From Spirogloea muscicola (taxonomy: Eukaryota), in assembly GCA_009602725.1 (NCBI GenBank), contig WELB01000009.1:464466-512775 (forward strand): 48,310 bases of DNA, read 5' to 3'. The translations under genes and the position numbers were made by a program. Shown piece by piece: positions 46,675 through 48,310 of the stretch (positions are counted from its first letter, which is position 1; every line of letters begins with the position of its first letter). The notes under the pieces are model-generated. The model searched no databases and was not told the DNA's origin. It saw nothing but the letters and a program-made list of their open reading frames with translations.

Positions 46675-47981
46675 GTAGCTACTCAGATCCATGTCCTGGT
46701 TGATTCTTCGCCCTCGCCAGTGTAAAGTTGGTGCGCAGCACGGTGACTTTTAGATCTCAGCCGAGTTGCCGGATCGCTTTTGTACAGAACCCATTACTTG
46801 AGCAGAGTGTAGCATGTAGCACAGAGGGCGTGTAGACAAGCCATTGTACTAGTACAGTTGCTCCTCTGGCGCATGCGTAGACATAGTTGCTGACCTTCAC
46901 AGCAGTGCGGCCAGATCAGAAGGGCGTTACAGATGGCACTCAGCAGATGGCATGGTCTTGTCCTTGCGGCCAGTGAAGATCTGGATGCATCGACTGCCAT
47001 TCTATGAGGGACAGACTTGTAATTCATTTTGCACTCACATTCGTAGGCGTCTGCACAAGTGACACGGACCTTCGCTGCATCCTCTTGTTTGACTGCACTC
47101 GGTGACCTTACCGGTATGAAGCCAGGCTGATAGCGAAGAGTTGTGCAAGTTGCGAAACTCCGCACATGCTCAGATGCAGGCAAGCGGTACAGTTGCTGCA
47201 GACAGTTGCTCCAACCCTACCGCAAGAGAGTGGCTTGCGCTTGGTGGGAAGCAGATGGCATTATTCAGATTCATTGTCTTATCATCAGATCATCAGATCA
47301 TTTCATTATCTATCTTAGCAAGCTTCTGTGAGGCGCAGGTGCTAAGTAGACATGCAAGTCGATAATGCCACGAAACTATCACTAGAAAGGCCATGAGCTG
47401 CAGTAAGATAAATCAGGGTGGAGGTCACAGCAGAAACATTGCTGAGTGCAGGTTGCATGACATATGTCCAGAGAGTGCCATAACGAAGTGCCATAACAGC
47501 AAGAGCGGTGACCCCTCCGAGCATTCGCCAGCTACAGCTGTTGGACCCATGGTGTGGCAGCTGCAGCAATGCATATCCAAAGAAGTTGCAAAGTACACAA
47601 CCGCCGGTGCCCTGCATACTCTGTGGAGGACATGAGCCTAAGCTGGGCACCAGCCACTAGACAACAGCAGCGAGCCACAGCGACGTGCTTAAGCAGTACC
47701 CAGGATCAGACAGTGAGCAGCTGGCTAGCTCACTCCAGGACAGCTGATAGACCTGACAGGGGAGCCCCACTGTGGGCGAGCGACGAGCCCTACAGGTCTG
47801 GCTAGAACGGCTAGACTGCGGCGCAAGTCGTGCCTGATCAGGAGCGTATCACCGTCTCAGCCGCCGCTGCCGACGGCTCACGCGAGCGAGGCATTGCCTG
47901 CCCCTGCCCTCGCCGTGCCGCTGCTGAGCAGCATTTCCCCGCCCGCAAGCTCGGGGCCAGGCCAGCCCGGCGGGCCCAAAG

Positions 47982-48227
47982 TCAGCGGCGCGAGGAGGAG
48001 CTCTCGCGCTCGCGCTGGGCCTCCATGGCCTTCATGCGGCGCATGAAGGCGTCGTACTGGCACTTCTCGTACACGTGGCGCTCCGGCTCGCAGCGCCACG
48101 GGAGGTAGAAGGCGGCCTGCCGGCAGGCGTTGAGCGGGATGAGCAGGCCCGCGCAGGAGTCGCGCGCCGCCAGCGGCAGCCGCGCCGCCGCCATCTCCTC
48201 CGCGCTCGCTCCCGTCGCCGCCGTCAT
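47982..48227 (-). CDS. NDUFB7: NADH:ubiquinone oxidoreductase subunit B18 (NDUFB7), twin CX9C
   Basis: ASAEEMAAARLPLAARDSCAGLLIPLNACRQAAFYLPWRCEPERHVYEKCQY...RM, intronless coding sequence. Confidence 0.93.
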   Translation of the reverse strand: MTAATGASAEEMAAARLPLAARDSCAGLLIPLNACRQAAFYLPWRCEPERHVYEKCQYDAFMRRMKAMEAQRERESSSSRR

Positions 48228-48310
48228 GGCGGGGGCTGCCGCGCCGTCGCAGTACTCCGCCTGCGGGCACCGCAGTGCTCCGCCTCCGCTCCGCAGGCAG
48301 CCGCGGCGCC

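Noticed and set aside
46157..46692. Minus-strand ORFs with (PR)n, (VL)n and Ser runs
   Set aside because: Antisense readings of the GACGAG acidic repeat in the DCAF8 last exon.

Overview
Gene-dense, intron-rich eukaryotic nuclear DNA. A streptophyte green alga is my inference, from a phragmoplastin-type DRP1, an NPG-type TPR gene, a bryophyte-like 5S rRNA and very GC-rich gene 5' ends. Eleven housekeeping genes can be reconstructed from GT-AG splice sites, ten spliced and one intronless: tRNase Z (-), DRP1 (-), IMP3 (+), NPG/TTC7-like TPR (+), TMEM18 (+), RsmE (-), REV7/MAD2L2 (+), NO66/RIOX1 (+), AAGAB/p34 (-), DCAF8-like (+) and NDUFB7 (-). There is also a solitary 5S rRNA gene, a decayed Ty1/copia element, a 48-bp Tourist-like MITE and a 324-N assembly gap. 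The most notable accessory signal is two families of short, 5'-truncated retroposon 3' ends. Family A is a CRE-like non-LTR element with a CCHC knuckle, a restriction-like endonuclease and a conserved C-terminal DLxxLTRGY peptide. Family B is unclassified and has a covarying 3' hairpin. Both pile up and nest into each other, with visible TSDs, in a few intergenic hot spots mostly just upstream of genes, and I saw none in introns. Other candidates are an RPA12-like zinc ribbon fused to RsmE (possibly a mis-assembly) and an unannotated secreted cysteine-rich protein. All calls were made by eye; no database searches were run.
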